From Eledone cirrhosa (lineage: Eukaryota): a DNA stretch of 64,000 nt. The first letter of the stretch is position 1, and every line of letters begins with the position of its first letter. Made by a program: the position numbers and the translations under genes. This document shows positions 1 to 13,059 of the stretch, piece after piece. Below the pieces are notes generated by a model that was given only the letters and a program-made list of their open reading frames with translations, made no database searches and was not told the origin of the DNA. Location of the stretch: contig OZ024740.1 of assembly GCA_964016885.1 (NCBI GenBank), positions 341,806,001 through 341,870,000 on the forward strand. The letters run 5' to 3'.

Positions 1-77
1 TGAACCCACAAATCACATCCAGTTCTAGAAATTATTCTTATAGATTTCTTTCTGTTCCTTATTTTTTATTCCCCTAG

Positions 78-201
78 TGGTCACACCTAGAGTGGTACAT
101 AGTAGTACTGTGTTCTATGTTCTACTGGCTATTTTTATTCTGGTCATTGTTGCTGTTGGAGTCTGGATTTACTTCAGAAAGTGTCGTCGCAGGGAACAAC
201 C
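78..201 (+). CDS. Exon encoding the transmembrane helix of a single-pass type I membrane protein (gene 1; upstream exons lie outside the window)
   Basis: Polypyrimidine tract + TAG acceptor at 75-77 and GTGAGT donor at 202; phase 1 to phase 2 translation VTPRVVHSSTVFYVLLAIFILVIVAVGVWIYFRKCRRREQP is a hydrophobic helix followed by a basic stop-transfer cluster. Confidence 0.85.
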
Positions 202-633
202 GTGAGTTGGCAGCAATTTATTTTGGTTTTTTTTTTCTACTACTAAATTATTGACAGCTCTAAGTTTAGCTTTATCATCATCATTATTAGTAAACTAGAC
301 ATTAGTATAGCTTCAACTAAGCGGTTAAGCTATACTGATACCAGTTTAGCCAGGTCAGTTAGCTAACAGACTCCTGGACTACAGGTATCCAATGTGGCCT
401 CACCAGTGATCTAATGGTCAGTTAAGTAAGAGGGGATCTTAATGATATAGTGGTCACCTGAGATAGAAGTAACCAAATTGAATAGAAAGGTTCAGTCTTA
501 TTTTAAATTGAGAATATCTTCATCTATGAAGTTAGTGTTACTCAGCAGAAAAATGGAGGATTGAACCAGTTAGTCATTTCACTGATTAATCAGATAGATC
601 AATGACTTCCACACAACTTTTAATACAAACTTC

Positions 634-674
634 ATGATCATCATCATCATCAGCCTCATCATCCTCATCACCAC

Positions 675-723
<49 letters not shown>

Positions 724-888
724 GTCATCATCATCATCATCATCATCATCGTCATCTTCATCATCATCCTCATCACCACCACCGTCATGATGATGATGAT
801 GATGATCAAGATGATCATGATCTCCATCATCATCATCATCATCATCACCACCACCATCATCATCCTCATGATCGATCATCACCACCAC

Positions 889-945
<57 letters not shown>

Positions 946-1120
946 CATCACGACCACTGCCACCACCACCCTCATCATCCTCATCACGACCACTGCCACC
1001 ACCACCCTCATCATCCTCATCACCACCACTGTCACCATCATCATTATTGTAATCAACCTTAAGATCCTCCTTGTCATCATCATCACTACCACCACCACCA
1101 TCACCACCACCACAACCAGC
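634..1120. repeat. (CAT)n/(CAC)n compound trinucleotide microsatellite
   Basis: Directly visible; produces the poly-His/Ile/Met/Asp ORFs. Confidence 0.97.
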
Positions 1121-1525
1121 ACTGACATTTGGACATTATCCTATGTACTATACATGCACCTTTGACGAGTTGTAGTGCACCTGAGCACTGTGCACAATAA
1201 TTTCATCATTATTATTATTATTACCACCTCCAACATCATCATCATTAGCAACATATTCATCATCATTATAAACCCTCAATTATTTTATACATTAAATCTA
1301 AATTCAGTACACAAGACAATAGGATTCGACATATTCTAGAATAACTGTGGATATTTTATAAGGAATTAATATATTTAGTTGTGTTTGAAGAGTGTATGTA
1401 CTTGTAGGGGCAATTTAAATGTGTGTATGTATGTGTGACTGTAGTTGTATGTGTGCTTTGCATGTGTATGTGAGTATCTGAAAAGCATTTTATTTAACTC
1501 TAACTATAACTTTAATTTCTTTCAG

Positions 1526-1632
1526 AACTATAAACTCTGCACAGAGTAACTGGAATGAAATGCAGCACACAACAAACCCTGCATACAGTCCAACAATCAA
1601 CCGAAGACCTCCTCCACCCATTCCACTTGAAG
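1526..1632 (+). CDS. Gene 1 juxtamembrane cytoplasmic exon (NPAY motif, Pro-rich)
   Basis: TTTCTTTCAG acceptor, G|GTAGGG donor; phase 2 in and phase 1 out match both neighbours; TINSAQSNWNEMQHTTNPAYSPTINRRPPPPIPLE. Confidence 0.8.
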
Positions 1633-1668
1633 GTAGGGTCTTTTCACCATTATCATCATTATCACCAT

Positions 1669-1839
1669 TTAACCCTTTAGTATTTACATTACTCTATATA
1701 TACTATTATATTTTCATGGTAAAAGCTTTACTGCGCATTATTATCTCACATATCGAATCTATGAGATTGTGATATTATTTATTTTGGGAAGTGAGAGAAT
1801 TCTGACCGGATATGGCCGGTTTAAATGCTAAGGGGTTAA
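1669..1839. mobile_element. piggyBac-type MITE, family copy 1
   Basis: TTAA-CCCTTTAG(C/T)ATTTA ... TAAATGCTAAGGGG-TTAA termini; same interior as seven other copies in the window. Confidence 0.8.
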
Positions 1840-2339
1840 TGTCTGTTTTCCATGCCTGCATGGGTTAGACAGGTTGTCACATGTTTTAGGTCAGACCAGT
1901 CAGGTGATAACATCCTGCTTCTATGCTCCATTTTGGCTTGGTTTTTATGGCTGGATGCCCTCCTTAATGCCAATCACCTTACAAAATGTACTGGGACCAT
2001 GGTTTTTATGGCTGGGTGACATTCCTAATACCAACTACTTTACAGTGTTTATGGGAAACACTTTATTGTGACTCCAGCACTACCTCCATATGGATGCTTT
2101 CATAAGCCATAATTCCTTTGTTTAATTTTCAAGCCCATTTTTTCCTTGCTGGCATGACTGTAGGGTTAGGAATGGTAAGCAGTTTGCTTTGCAATCTCAT
2201 GGTTTTCGGTTCAGCTCCACTGCACAGCACCATAGGCAAGTGTCATCTACTATAATCTAAGGTTGGCCGATACTCAGTGAAATTTAGTTGTTGGAACTTG
2301 CAGAAGCTCAACATATATACATATGTATGTATGTATGTT

Positions 2340-2946
2340 AGGTCACCAGTTGGTGCTATGGTAACATACATGTATCCCAGTACAACCTGTCTCATGGTCG
2401 GGTCGTTGGCGACTAAACTGGCAACCCCACCAAGGTTTCTTGGTGAGGAGGGTGACTTTGGACATCCTGCAGGACTAAAAACAAAACCTGTCAAAAGGCA
2501 AAGGAGCTCTTAAGAGTCAATGGCTATCCAAAATCACCGGGAGAGATGACCCCTTAGCCTTTGTCAAGGCAGAATTCTAGAAGGAAAACTCTGATATAAC
2601 ACCTGCAACCCTGATGGTATCCAATGATGTTGACTTATTCTTCTTTTTGGTAAATATCATCTTGGTTAAGAGAGTGGGACTGGCTTTGTGCAGTGCCTTT
2701 GCTCACTATAAAAGCTTCACGGCACAGGCATTGCTTTATATCTGGAGATCTCTCTGCACTTGTCGTCACATGGTACCATGGGCCCAGCACTATGTGTCAA
2801 TAATTGTCACAAGTGTAGTGTTTGTACCAGAGTTTTTAAGTCGCTGGCTGGACTAAAAAGTCACACTCGTTCAGCGCATCGGTAGGGGTTCACCTACATG
2901 GATATAAAGTAGTGGCCATACTCGAAAACGAGTTGGCAGCCACCAT
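2340..2946 (+). mobile_element. Non-autonomous RTE-BovB-derived element / SINE with C2H2 zinc-finger tail
   Basis: 2805-2885 translates CHKCSVCTRVFKSLAGLKSHTRSAHR*, a C2H2 finger like the RTE-BovB ORF C-terminus, followed by a short 3' UTR-like CCATACTCGAAAACGAG; upstream part is non-coding. Boundaries approximate. Confidence 0.5.
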
Positions 2947-2953
2947 GTATGTA

Positions 2954-4414
2954 TCATCATCATCATCATCATCATCGTTTAAAGTCCATGTTCCACGCTT
3001 GCATGGGTTTGGACGGGAGTTTTCCCACTTGAGGCAAGAGTGGTTGTCTTGCTCGCATAGGACTGTCTGGCGGGTTTTCTACAGCTGGATGCCCTTCCTA
3101 ACACCAACCACATTTACAGTGTGGGACTGGGAGGTTTTTACCGTGTTGCCTACACGGCCACATTACAGCGTGGACTGTGTGTTTTTTTGTCGTGACACCT
3201 ACACGATCTCATTTGTTTCGGCCTGGATGTTGTGGCACCAACATAACTTTACATTGAAAGGGGCGGTGTGGATAAGGTGGGGGTGGTGGGACAGGGGGTG
3301 TATTTTGTTAGAGATGCCTACTGATTGTAGTAGGTTTTACTTTGTATTTAGGTAAGGCTTGTCTTCTCTATTACTGAGTGCCGCCAAAGATCTCGGTCCA
3401 GTGACATTGTCTTGGAGAGGTGTAAGTGTGTGAGGTCGGAGTTTATCAAGTCGTCCCAGGTTTTTCTGGGTCTGGCTACTTCGTGGCTACCGTCTATTTT
3501 TATTGCCCTGCACTTTTTTATACAGCTGTCGTCTTTCATGCGCATTACGTGACCATACCAACGTAGCCTTCTCTCGAGTAAACAACATCTGATCCCTCTT
3601 ATTTCTAATTTTTCCCTTAGTTCGTTTATGCTTTGCCGTTCGCGTATATTACTATTACACATCCAGCGGAGCATGCAAGCTTCGTTCCTCTCTAGTCTGC
3701 GTATATCCTCTGCACACAATGCCCAGGTCTCACTGCCATGCAACATTGCTGTTCGTATGCAGGCATCATACAGCCTGCCTTTCATTTTTAGGGAGAACCC
3801 TTTAGCGGCTAATAGTGGTATAAGCTCTCTGAACTTTTTCCATCCAGTTCTGACTCTAGCTACTGTACTTTCAGAGCACCTTCCCCCACTGCTGATTTTG
3901 TCACCCAGGTAACGGAAGCTGTCCACTATTTCTATAGAACCCTCTGCGCAATTGAAAGAGCTACTTATTGCACCAGAGCACCGGCCACATGTAAAATCTA
4001 TGTTCTTAGTTAGCTTACCTATGATCCCACTACATCTTTTATGCACCCATACTTTGCATTTGGGACATAAAATGGAGTTTCTACCTATGCCTTTCCTACA
4101 CACTGAGCATGGCCATTTCCCGGAAGGGACCGGCACCTTATTTTCCCTCCTACAAACTAGAACTTTAGTCTTAGCCAGGTTAATTTTAAGGCCTTTTGAT
4201 TCTAGGCCGTGCTTCCATGTTTGGAATTTCTTCTCTAGCTCGGCCATTGATTCAGCTATGAGCGTTAGATCATCTGCGTATAGGAGTTCCCATGGGCAGC
4301 CGGTCTTGAACTCCACTGTTATAGCCTGAAGGGCAATAATAAATAGTAGGGGGCTAAGAACAGAGCCCTGATGAACACCAGCTTTTACGCTAAACTCTTC
4401 ACTATATTCGTTGT
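2954..4414 (-). mobile_element. 5'-truncated RTE-clade LINE (RT C-half with PHD finger, 3' UTR, (ATG)n tail)
   Basis: ORF 3348-4526 has GVHQGSVLSP, LYADDL and FRYLG; 3' UTR matches the other copies; (CAT)n at 2954-2976; truncation at a (TA)n tract. Confidence 0.93.
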
Positions 4415-4443
4415 ATATATAAATATATATACATAGGTGTGCA

Positions 4444-4478
<35 letters not shown>

Positions 4479-4480
<2 letters not shown>

Positions 4481-6640
4481 GAGGAGAATAAATGGAAAAA
4501 AGATAGTCTGCCCCCAAAAGATCCAATAGAAGGCCCAGCGGTGCAAGTTAAAGGTAGTATAATAAGTAAGGCAATCAAAGATATGAAGACAGGCAAGGCA
4601 GCTGGGCCTTCGGAGATAGTTGCTGAGATGTTGAAAGCATCTGGAATGGTGGGACATACTATGGTCACCTGGATAGTAAACCAAGTAATACAGAATGGGG
4701 TCATACCAAATGACTGGCGTAGCATCATCATCATTAACTGCTACAAGGGTAAAAGAGATGTTCTAGATAGGGGAAACTATAGAGGCATTAAGTTAGTTGA
4801 TCAGGTCATGAAGGTCACAGAAAGAGTTATAGCACAACTAATCAGAAAGCGAATTGATCTATATGAAATGTAGTTTGGGTTTGTGTCAGGTAAAAGTACC
4901 ACAGAAGCTCTTTTCCTTGTACGACAACTGCAGGAGAAGTACCTAGCTAAAAGTAAACTCCTCTACTTAGCTTTTGTAGACCTGGAGAAAGCCTTTGACA
5001 GAGTCCCCTGCTCCATTATCTGGTGGGCTCTTAGAAAACTAGGTGTAGATGAATGGCTTGTGAGAGCTATACAAACCATGTATAGAGAAACAGTCAGCAA
5101 GGTTAGAATTAACAATGAATATAGTGAAGAATTTAGTGTAAAAGTTGGTGTTCATCAAGGCTCTGTCCTTAGCTCCCTACTATTTATTATTGCCCTTCAG
5201 GCTATAACAGACGAGTTTAAGACCGGCTGCCTATGGGAACTTCTATACACAGATGATCTAACTCTCATAGCTGAATCAATGGCTGAACTAGAGAAGAAAT
5301 TCCAAACATTGAAACATGGCCTAGAATCAAAAGGCCTTAAAGTTAACTTGTCTAAGACTAAAGTTCTAGTTTGTAGAAAGGAAAATAGGGCACAGGTGCG
5401 CTCTGGGAAATGGCCATGCTCAGTGTGTAGGAAAGGAGTAGGTAGAAATTCCATTTTATGTCCCAAATGCAAAGTATGGGTACATAAAAGATGTAGTGGG
5501 ATCACAGGTAAGCTATCTAAGAATGTAGATTTTATATGTAGCCAATGCTCAGGTGCAATAAGTAGCAAGTGGCCACAGGATACTAGTTTCTTCTATTGCC
5601 CAAATGGTTCTATAGAAATAGTGGACACTTTCTGTTATCTGGGTGACAAAATCAGCAGTGGTGGAGGGTGCTCTGAAAGTACAGTAGCCAGAGTCAGAAC
5701 GGGATGGAAAAGGTTCAGAGAGCTTATACCGCAGTTGGCCACAAAAGGTTTCTCTCTAAAAATGAAAAGCAGAATGTATGATGCCTGTATACGAACAGTA
5801 ATGTTACATGGCAGTGAGACATGTACATGGTGTGCAGAGGACCTGCGCAGACTGGAAAGGAATGAACCATGCATGCTCCGTTGGATGTGTAATAGTAATT
5901 TACTCGAACGACAAAACGTGAATGAACTAAGTGAGAAATTAGGAATAAGAGGGATCAGATGCTGTTTACTTGAGAGAAGACTATGTTGGTATGGCCACGT
6001 GATGCGCATGAAAGATGACAGCTATATAAAAAAGTGCAGGGCGATCAAAATTGACGGAAGCTACGGAGTCGGTAGACCCAGAAAAACCTGGGACGATTTG
6101 ATAAATTCCGACCTTACACACTTGCACCTCTCTAAGACAATGTCAAGATCTTTGGACCAAGATCAATGGACCGAGATCTTTGGCGCCACGCAGTAATACA
6201 GAATACCCGCCTTGCCTATGTACAAAGCGAAACCTACAGTCAGTAGGCACCTCTTAACCAAATATACACCCCAATCCACTACCCCTACTCCATCCCCTCA
6301 CTCCCACCAACACCACCCTTTCTCTATAAAGTTGGTACCACAACATCCAGTTCAAATAAATGAGATAATGAGATTGAGATCGTGTAGGTGTCACAACAAA
6401 AAAACACACAGTCCACACTATAATGTGGCCGTGTAGGTAACATAGTAAAAAGTTCTCAGTTCCACGCTGTAAATGTGATTGGTGTTAGGAAGGGCATCTA
6501 GCCGTAGAAAACCTGCGAGATAGTCCTTTACGAGTGAGACACGGTCACCCGACCAATCTTGCCTCAAATTGGGACAACTCCCGTCTAACCCATGCTAGCG
6601 TGGAAGATGGATGTTAAACAATGATGATGATGATGATGAT
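4479..6640 (+). mobile_element. 5'-truncated, inactivated RTE-clade LINE
   Basis: ORFs 4439-4873 and 4883-6196 are separated by an in-frame TAG; YRGIKL, FVDLEKAFD, QGSVLS, YTDD; (ATG)n tail at 6621-6640. Confidence 0.95.
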
Positions 6641-7209
6641 ATATAAGCATTCAATTAGAAATCATATAAAATAAACATATGAAACAATCGCAGGGGATAA
6701 TTTGTTTCATATGTTTATTTTATATATATATATCAATTGATTTCTAATTGAATGCTTATAAATGCTTGGATCTATCCATTAGAATTTTTGAGCATGTTCT
6801 ATAGAGGTTATGGCGCATGTTTCTCAGACATGACATCCTTATTTTAATTTTGGTTATATATATATCAACATCATCATCATCATCATTTTACGTCCACTTT
6901 TCCCTGCTTGCAAGGGTGGGACGGGAACTGATTCTGGCTTGATTTCTACAGCTGGATGCCCTTCCTAACACCAACCTCTTTACAGTGAGTGCTGGGTGCT
7001 TTTTTGCCGTGGCACCTCCACGACCACTTTACAGTGGAATGATAGGGACCCCAGTCCCTATCATCTCATTTCTACAGCTGAGTAAACTGGAGCAATGTGA
7101 AATAAAGTGTCTTGCTCAAGGAAACAACACATCACCCGGTCTGAGAATTGAACTCACAACCTTTCGATTGCAAGGCCAATGCTCTAACCACTAAGCCATG
7201 TATATATAT

Positions 7210-7350
7210 GTTAGGAGGGGCATCCAGCCGTAGAAAACCTGCCAGACAGTCCTATACGAGCAAGACAACTAATCTTGCCTCAAGTGGGACAATTCCCGTC
7301 TAAACCCATGCTAGCGTGGAAGATAGATGTTAAACGATGATGATGATGAT
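7210..7350 (+). mobile_element. RTE LINE 3'-end fragment
   Basis: Matches the last ~140 bp of the 4479-6640 copy including the (ATG)n tail; sits in (TA)n. Confidence 0.85.
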
Positions 7351-7850
7351 ACATATATACACATAGGTGTATATATATATTGTTATACTGCCAATGAAAA
7401 CACGCGCACCTTTTGGTTTTCACTTCAATTTATTATAAATTGAAGTGAAAACCAACATGTATGTGTGTTTTTATTGACAGCATGACCTTCAAAAAGTATA
7501 ACAATATCTGTTTCAACACACGTTTTCACATAAGAAATCTTGCAAAACAAATTCAAAAACAAACTATATATATATATAAATAACTGTTTTAAATACCAGT
7601 GTAATCATATCATTGAAACATTAACTGAATGAGCACTCAATATATGTGAACGAGTGTAAGAGTTATTTTCTTAAGAGAAAGTTAACAGCGACTTTGAAGT
7701 TTCAGCTATTGCTTCATCTGGCAATAACCGAAACTTCTAAGTCACTGTCATCTTTCTCTTCAGAACATGTGCGTGTGTGTCTATGCGTGTTTGTGTCTCA
7801 TAACATAGGGGTTTGATAAAAAAAGATTGATAAAATAAGTACCAGACAGA

Positions 7851-10800
7851 TTGAGATACTATTTACTAGTACAGGCTGACTGAGGTACTATTTACTAGTA
7901 CAGGCTGACTGAGGTACTATTTACTAGTACAGGCTAACTGAGATACTATTTACTAGTACAGGCTGACTGAGATACTATTTACTAGTACAGGCTAACTGAG
8001 ATACTATTTACTAGTACAGGCTAACTGAGATACTATTTACTAGTACAGGCTGACTGAGATACTATTTACTAGTACAGGCTGACTGAGATACTATTTACTA
8101 GTACAGGCTGACTGAGATACTATTTACTAGTACAGGCTGACTGAGGTACTATTTACTAGTACAGGCTAACTGAGATACTATTTACTAGTACAGGCTGACT
8201 GAGATACTATTTACTAGTACAGGCTGACTGAGATACTATTTACTAGTACAGGCTGACTGAGATACTATTTACTAGTACAGGCTGACTGAGATACTATTTA
8301 CTAGTACATGCTAACTGAGATACTATTTACTAGTACAGGCTGACTGAGATACTATTTACTAGTACAGGCTGACTGAGATACTATTTACTAGTACAGGCTG
8401 ACTGAGATACTATTTACTAGTACAGGCTGACTGAGATACTATTTACTAGTACAGGCTGACTGAGATACTATTTACTAGTACAGGCTGACTGAGATACTAT
8501 TTACTAGTACAGGCTGACTGAGATACTATTTACTAGTACAGGCTGACTGAGGTACTATTTACTAGTACAGGCTAACTGAGATACTATTTACTAGTACAGG
8601 CTGACTGAGATACTATTTACTAGTACAGGCTGACTGAGATACTATTTACTAGTACAGGCTGACTGAGATACTATTTACTAGTACAGGCTGACTGAGATGC
8701 TATTTACTAGTACAGGCTGACTGAGATACTATTTACTAGTACAGGCTGACTGAGATACTATTTACTAGTACAGGCTGACTGAGGTACTATTTACTAGTAC
8801 AGGCTAACTGAGATACTATTTACTAGTACAGGCTGACTGAGATACTATTTACTAGTACAGGCTGACTGAGATACTATTTACTAGTACAGGCTGACTGAGA
8901 TACTATTTACTAGTACAGGCTGACTGAGATACTATTTACTAGTACAGGCTGACTAAGGTACTATTTACTAGTACAGGCTAACTGAGATACTATTTACTAG
9001 TACAGGCTGACTGAGATACTATTTACTAGTACAGGCTGACTGAGATACTATTTACTAGTACAGGCTGACTGAGATACTATTTACTAGTAGTACAGGCTGA
9101 CTGAGATACTATTTACTAGTACAGGCTGACTGAGATACTATTTACTAGTACAGGCTGACTGAGGTACTATTTACTAGTACAGGCTGACTAAGGTACTATT
9201 TACTAGTACAGGCTAACTGAGATACTATTTACTAGTACAGGCTGACTAAGGTACTATTTACTAGTACAGGCTGACTGAGATACTATTTACTAGTACAGGC
9301 TGGCTGAGGTACTATTTACTAGTACAGGCTGGCTGAGGTACTATTTACTAGTACAGGCTGACTGAGGTACTATTTACTAGTACAGGCTGACTAAGGTACT
9401 ATTTACTAGTACAGGCTGACTGAGGTACTATTTACTAGTACAGGCTGACGGAGGTACTATTTACTAGTACAGGATGACTGAGATACTATTTACTAGTACA
9501 GGCTGACTAAGGTACTATTTACTAGTACAGGCTGACTGAGATACTATTTACTAGTACAGGCTGGCTGAGGTACTATTTACTAGTACAGGCTGACTGAGGT
9601 ACTATTTACTAGTACAGGCTGACTGAGATACTATTTACTAGTACAGGCTGACTGAGGTACTATTTACTAGTACAAGCTGACTGAGGTACTATTTACTAGT
9701 ACAGGCTAACTGAGGTACTATTTACTAGTACAGGCTGACTGAGATACTATTTACTAGTACAGGCTGGCTGAGGTACTATTTACTAGTACAGGCTGACTGA
9801 GGTACTATTTACTAGTACAGGCTGACTGAGATACTATTTACTAGTACAGGCTGACTAAGGTACTATTTACTAGTACAGGCTGACTGAGATACTATTTACT
9901 AGTACAGGCTGACTGAGGTACTATTTACTAGTACAGGCTGACTGAGGTACTATTTACTAGTACAGGCTGGCTGAGGTACTATTTACTAGTACAGGCTGAC
10001 TGAGGTACTATTTACTAGTACAGGCTGACTGAGGTACTATTTACTAGTACAGGCTAACTGAGGTACTATTTACTAGTACAGGCTAACTGAGATACTATTT
10101 ACTAGTACAGGCTAACTGAGATACTATTTACTAGTACAGGCTGACTGAGGTACTATTTACTAGTACAGGCTGACTAAGGTACTATTTACTAGTACAGGCT
10201 GACTGAGGTACTATTTACTAGTACAGGCTGACGGAGGTACTATTTACTAGTACAGGATGACTGAGATACTATTTACTAGTACAGGCTGACTAAGGTACTA
10301 TTTACTAGTACAGGCTGACTGAGATACTATTTACTAGTACAGGCTGGCTGAGGTACTATTTACTAGTACAGGCTGACTGAGGTACTATTTACTAGTACAG
10401 GCTGACTGAGATACTATTTACTAGTACAGGCTGACTAAGGTACTATTTACTAGTACAGGCTGACTGAGATACTATTTACTAGTACAGGCTGACTGAGGTA
10501 CTATTTACTAGTACAGGCTGACTGAGGTACTATTTACTAGTACAGGCTGACTGAGATACTATTTACTAGTACAGGCTGACTGAGGTACTATTTACTAGTA
10601 CAAGCTGACCGAGGTACTATTTACTAGTACAGGCTAACTGAGGTACTATTTACTAGTACAGGCTGACTGAGATACTATTTACTAGTACAGGCTGACTGAG
10701 ATACTATTTACTAGTACAGGCTAACTGAGGTACTATTTACTAGTACAGGCTGACTGAGATACTATTTACTAGTACAGGCTGGCTGAGGTACTATTTACTA

Positions 10801-12880
10801 GTACAGGCTGACTGAGGTACTATTTACTAGTACAGGCTGACTGAGATACTATTTACTAGTACAGGCTGACTGAGGTACTATTTACTAGTACAGGCTGACT
10901 GAGGTACTATTTACTAGTACAGGCTGACTGAGGTACTATTTACTAGTACAGGCTGACTGAGGTACTATTTACTAGTACAGGCTAACTGAGGTACTATTTA
11001 CTAGTACAGGCTAACTGAGATACTATTTACTAGTACAGGCTAACTGAGATACTATTTACTAGTACAGGCTAACTGAGGTACTATTTACTAGTACAGGCTG
11101 ACTGAGATACTATTTACTAGTACAGGCTGACTGAGATACTATTTACTAGTACAGGCTGACTGAGATACTATTTACTAGTACAGGCTGACTGAGATACTAT
11201 TTACTAGTACAGGCTGACTGAGGTACTATTTACTAGTACAGGCTGACTGAGGTACTATTTACTAGTACAGGCTGGCTGAGGTACTATTTACTAGTACAGG
11301 CTAACTGAGATACTATTTACTAGTACAGGCTGACTGAGATACTATTTACTAGTACAGGCTGGCTGAGGTACTATTTACTAGTACAGGCTGACTGAGATAC
11401 TATTTACTAGTACAGGCTGACTGAGGTACTATTTACTAGTACAGGCTGACTGAGGTACTATTTACTAGTACAGGCTAACTGAGATACTATTTACTAGTAC
11501 AGGCTGACTGAGATACTATTTACTAGTACAGGCTAACTGAAGTACTATTTACTAGTACAGGCTGGCTGAGGTACTATTTACTAGTACAGGCTGACTGAGA
11601 TACTATTTACTAGTACAGGCTAACTGAGGTACTATTTACTAGTACAGGCTGGCTGAGGTACTATTTACTAGTACAGGCTGACTGAGATACTATTTACTAG
11701 TACAGGCTGACTGAGGTACTATTTACTAGTACAGGCTGACTGAGGTACTATTTACTAGTACAGGCTAACTGAGATACTATTTACTAGTACAGGCTGACTG
11801 AGATACTATTTACTAGTACAGGCTGACTGAGGTACTATTTACTAGTACAGGCTGACTGAGGTACTATTTACTAGTACAGGCTGACTGAGATACTATTTAC
11901 TAGTACAGGCTGACTGAGATACTATTTACTAGTACAGGCTAACTGAGGTACTATTTACTAGTACAGGCTGACTGAGGTACTATTTACTAGTACAGGCTGA
12001 CTGAGGTACTATTTACTAGTACAGGCTGACTGAGGTACTATTTACTAGTACAGGCTGACTGAGATACTATTTACTAGTACAGGCTGACTGAGATACTATT
12101 TACTAGTACAGGCTGACTGAGATACTATTTACTAGTACAGGCTAACTGAGGTACTATTTACTAGTACAGGCTGACTGAGGTACTATTTACTAGTACAGGC
12201 TGACTGAGGTACTATTTACTAGTACAGGCTGACTGAGGTACTATTTACTAGTACAGGCTGACTGAGATACTATTTACTAGTACAGGCTGACTGAGATACT
12301 ATTTACTAGTACAGGCTAACTGAGATACTATTTACTAGTACAGGCTGACTGAGATACTATTTACTAGTACAGGCTGACTGAGATACTATTTACTAGTACA
12401 GGCTGACTGAGATACTATTTACTAGTACAGGCTGACTGAGGTACTATTTACTAGTACAGGCTGACTGAGGTACTATTTACTAGTACAGGCTGACTAAGGT
12501 ACTATTTACTAGTACAGGCTAACTGAGGTACTATTTACTAGTACAGGCTGACTGAGGTACTATTTACTAGTACAGGCTGACTGAGATACTATTTACTAGT
12601 ACAGGCTGACTGAGGTACTATTTACTAGTACAGGCTGACTGAGATACTATTTACTAGTACAGGCTGACTGAGGTACTATTTACTAGTACAAGCTGACTGA
12701 GGTACTATTTACTAGTACAGGCTGACTGAGGTACTATTTACTAGTACAGGCTAACTGAGGTACTATTTACTAGTACAGGCTGACTAAGGTACTATTTACT
12801 AGTACAGGCTGACTAAGGTACTATTTACTAGTACAGGCTGACTGAGGTACTATTTACTAGTACAGGCTGACTAAGATACA
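7851..12880. repeat. 29-bp tandem satellite, about 173 units, consensus GAG(A/G)TACTATTTACTAGTACAGGCT(G/A)ACT
   Basis: Directly visible head-to-tail array with no unique spacers; lies in the last intron of gene 1. Confidence 0.98.
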
Positions 12881-12884
12881 AGCA

Positions 12885-13056
12885 GTGGATTGGCAATATT
12901 GTTGGAGTGCTTTGCAGCATAGAGTTCATCCTTTTACGTTCTGAATTCAAATTTGTTTTTCATCGATAAAATAAAGTACCAGTAACACACTGGGGTCGAT
13001 TTAATCGACTTTCCCTTCCCACAAAATTGTTGGCCTTGTGCCTAAATCAGAAACCA
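12885..13056 (+). mobile_element. tRNA-derived Nin-domain SINE, degenerate
   Basis: Matches the family consensus GATAAAATAAAGTACCAG...GGCCTTGTGCC...AGAAAC seen at 56635-56815. Confidence 0.75.
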
Positions 13057-13059
13057 TCA

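Noticed and set aside
579-1128. Poly-Met/His/Asp/Ile ORFs (also 29605-30153)
   Set aside because: Translations of (CAT)n/(ATG)n microsatellites inside introns.
3628-6009. Antisense ORFs over LINE RT (also 20189-21868, 41557-44406)
   Set aside because: Shadow frames of retroelement coding sequence with no independent motifs.
2954-6640. Twin-priming 5' inversion of one LINE
   Set aside because: Both halves contain the same RT C-terminus and 3' tail and differ in sequence, so they are two insertions.
7851-12880. CRISPR-like array of 29-bp repeats
   Set aside because: Units are directly head-to-tail with no unique spacers, there are no cas genes, and the context is eukaryotic; it is a satellite.
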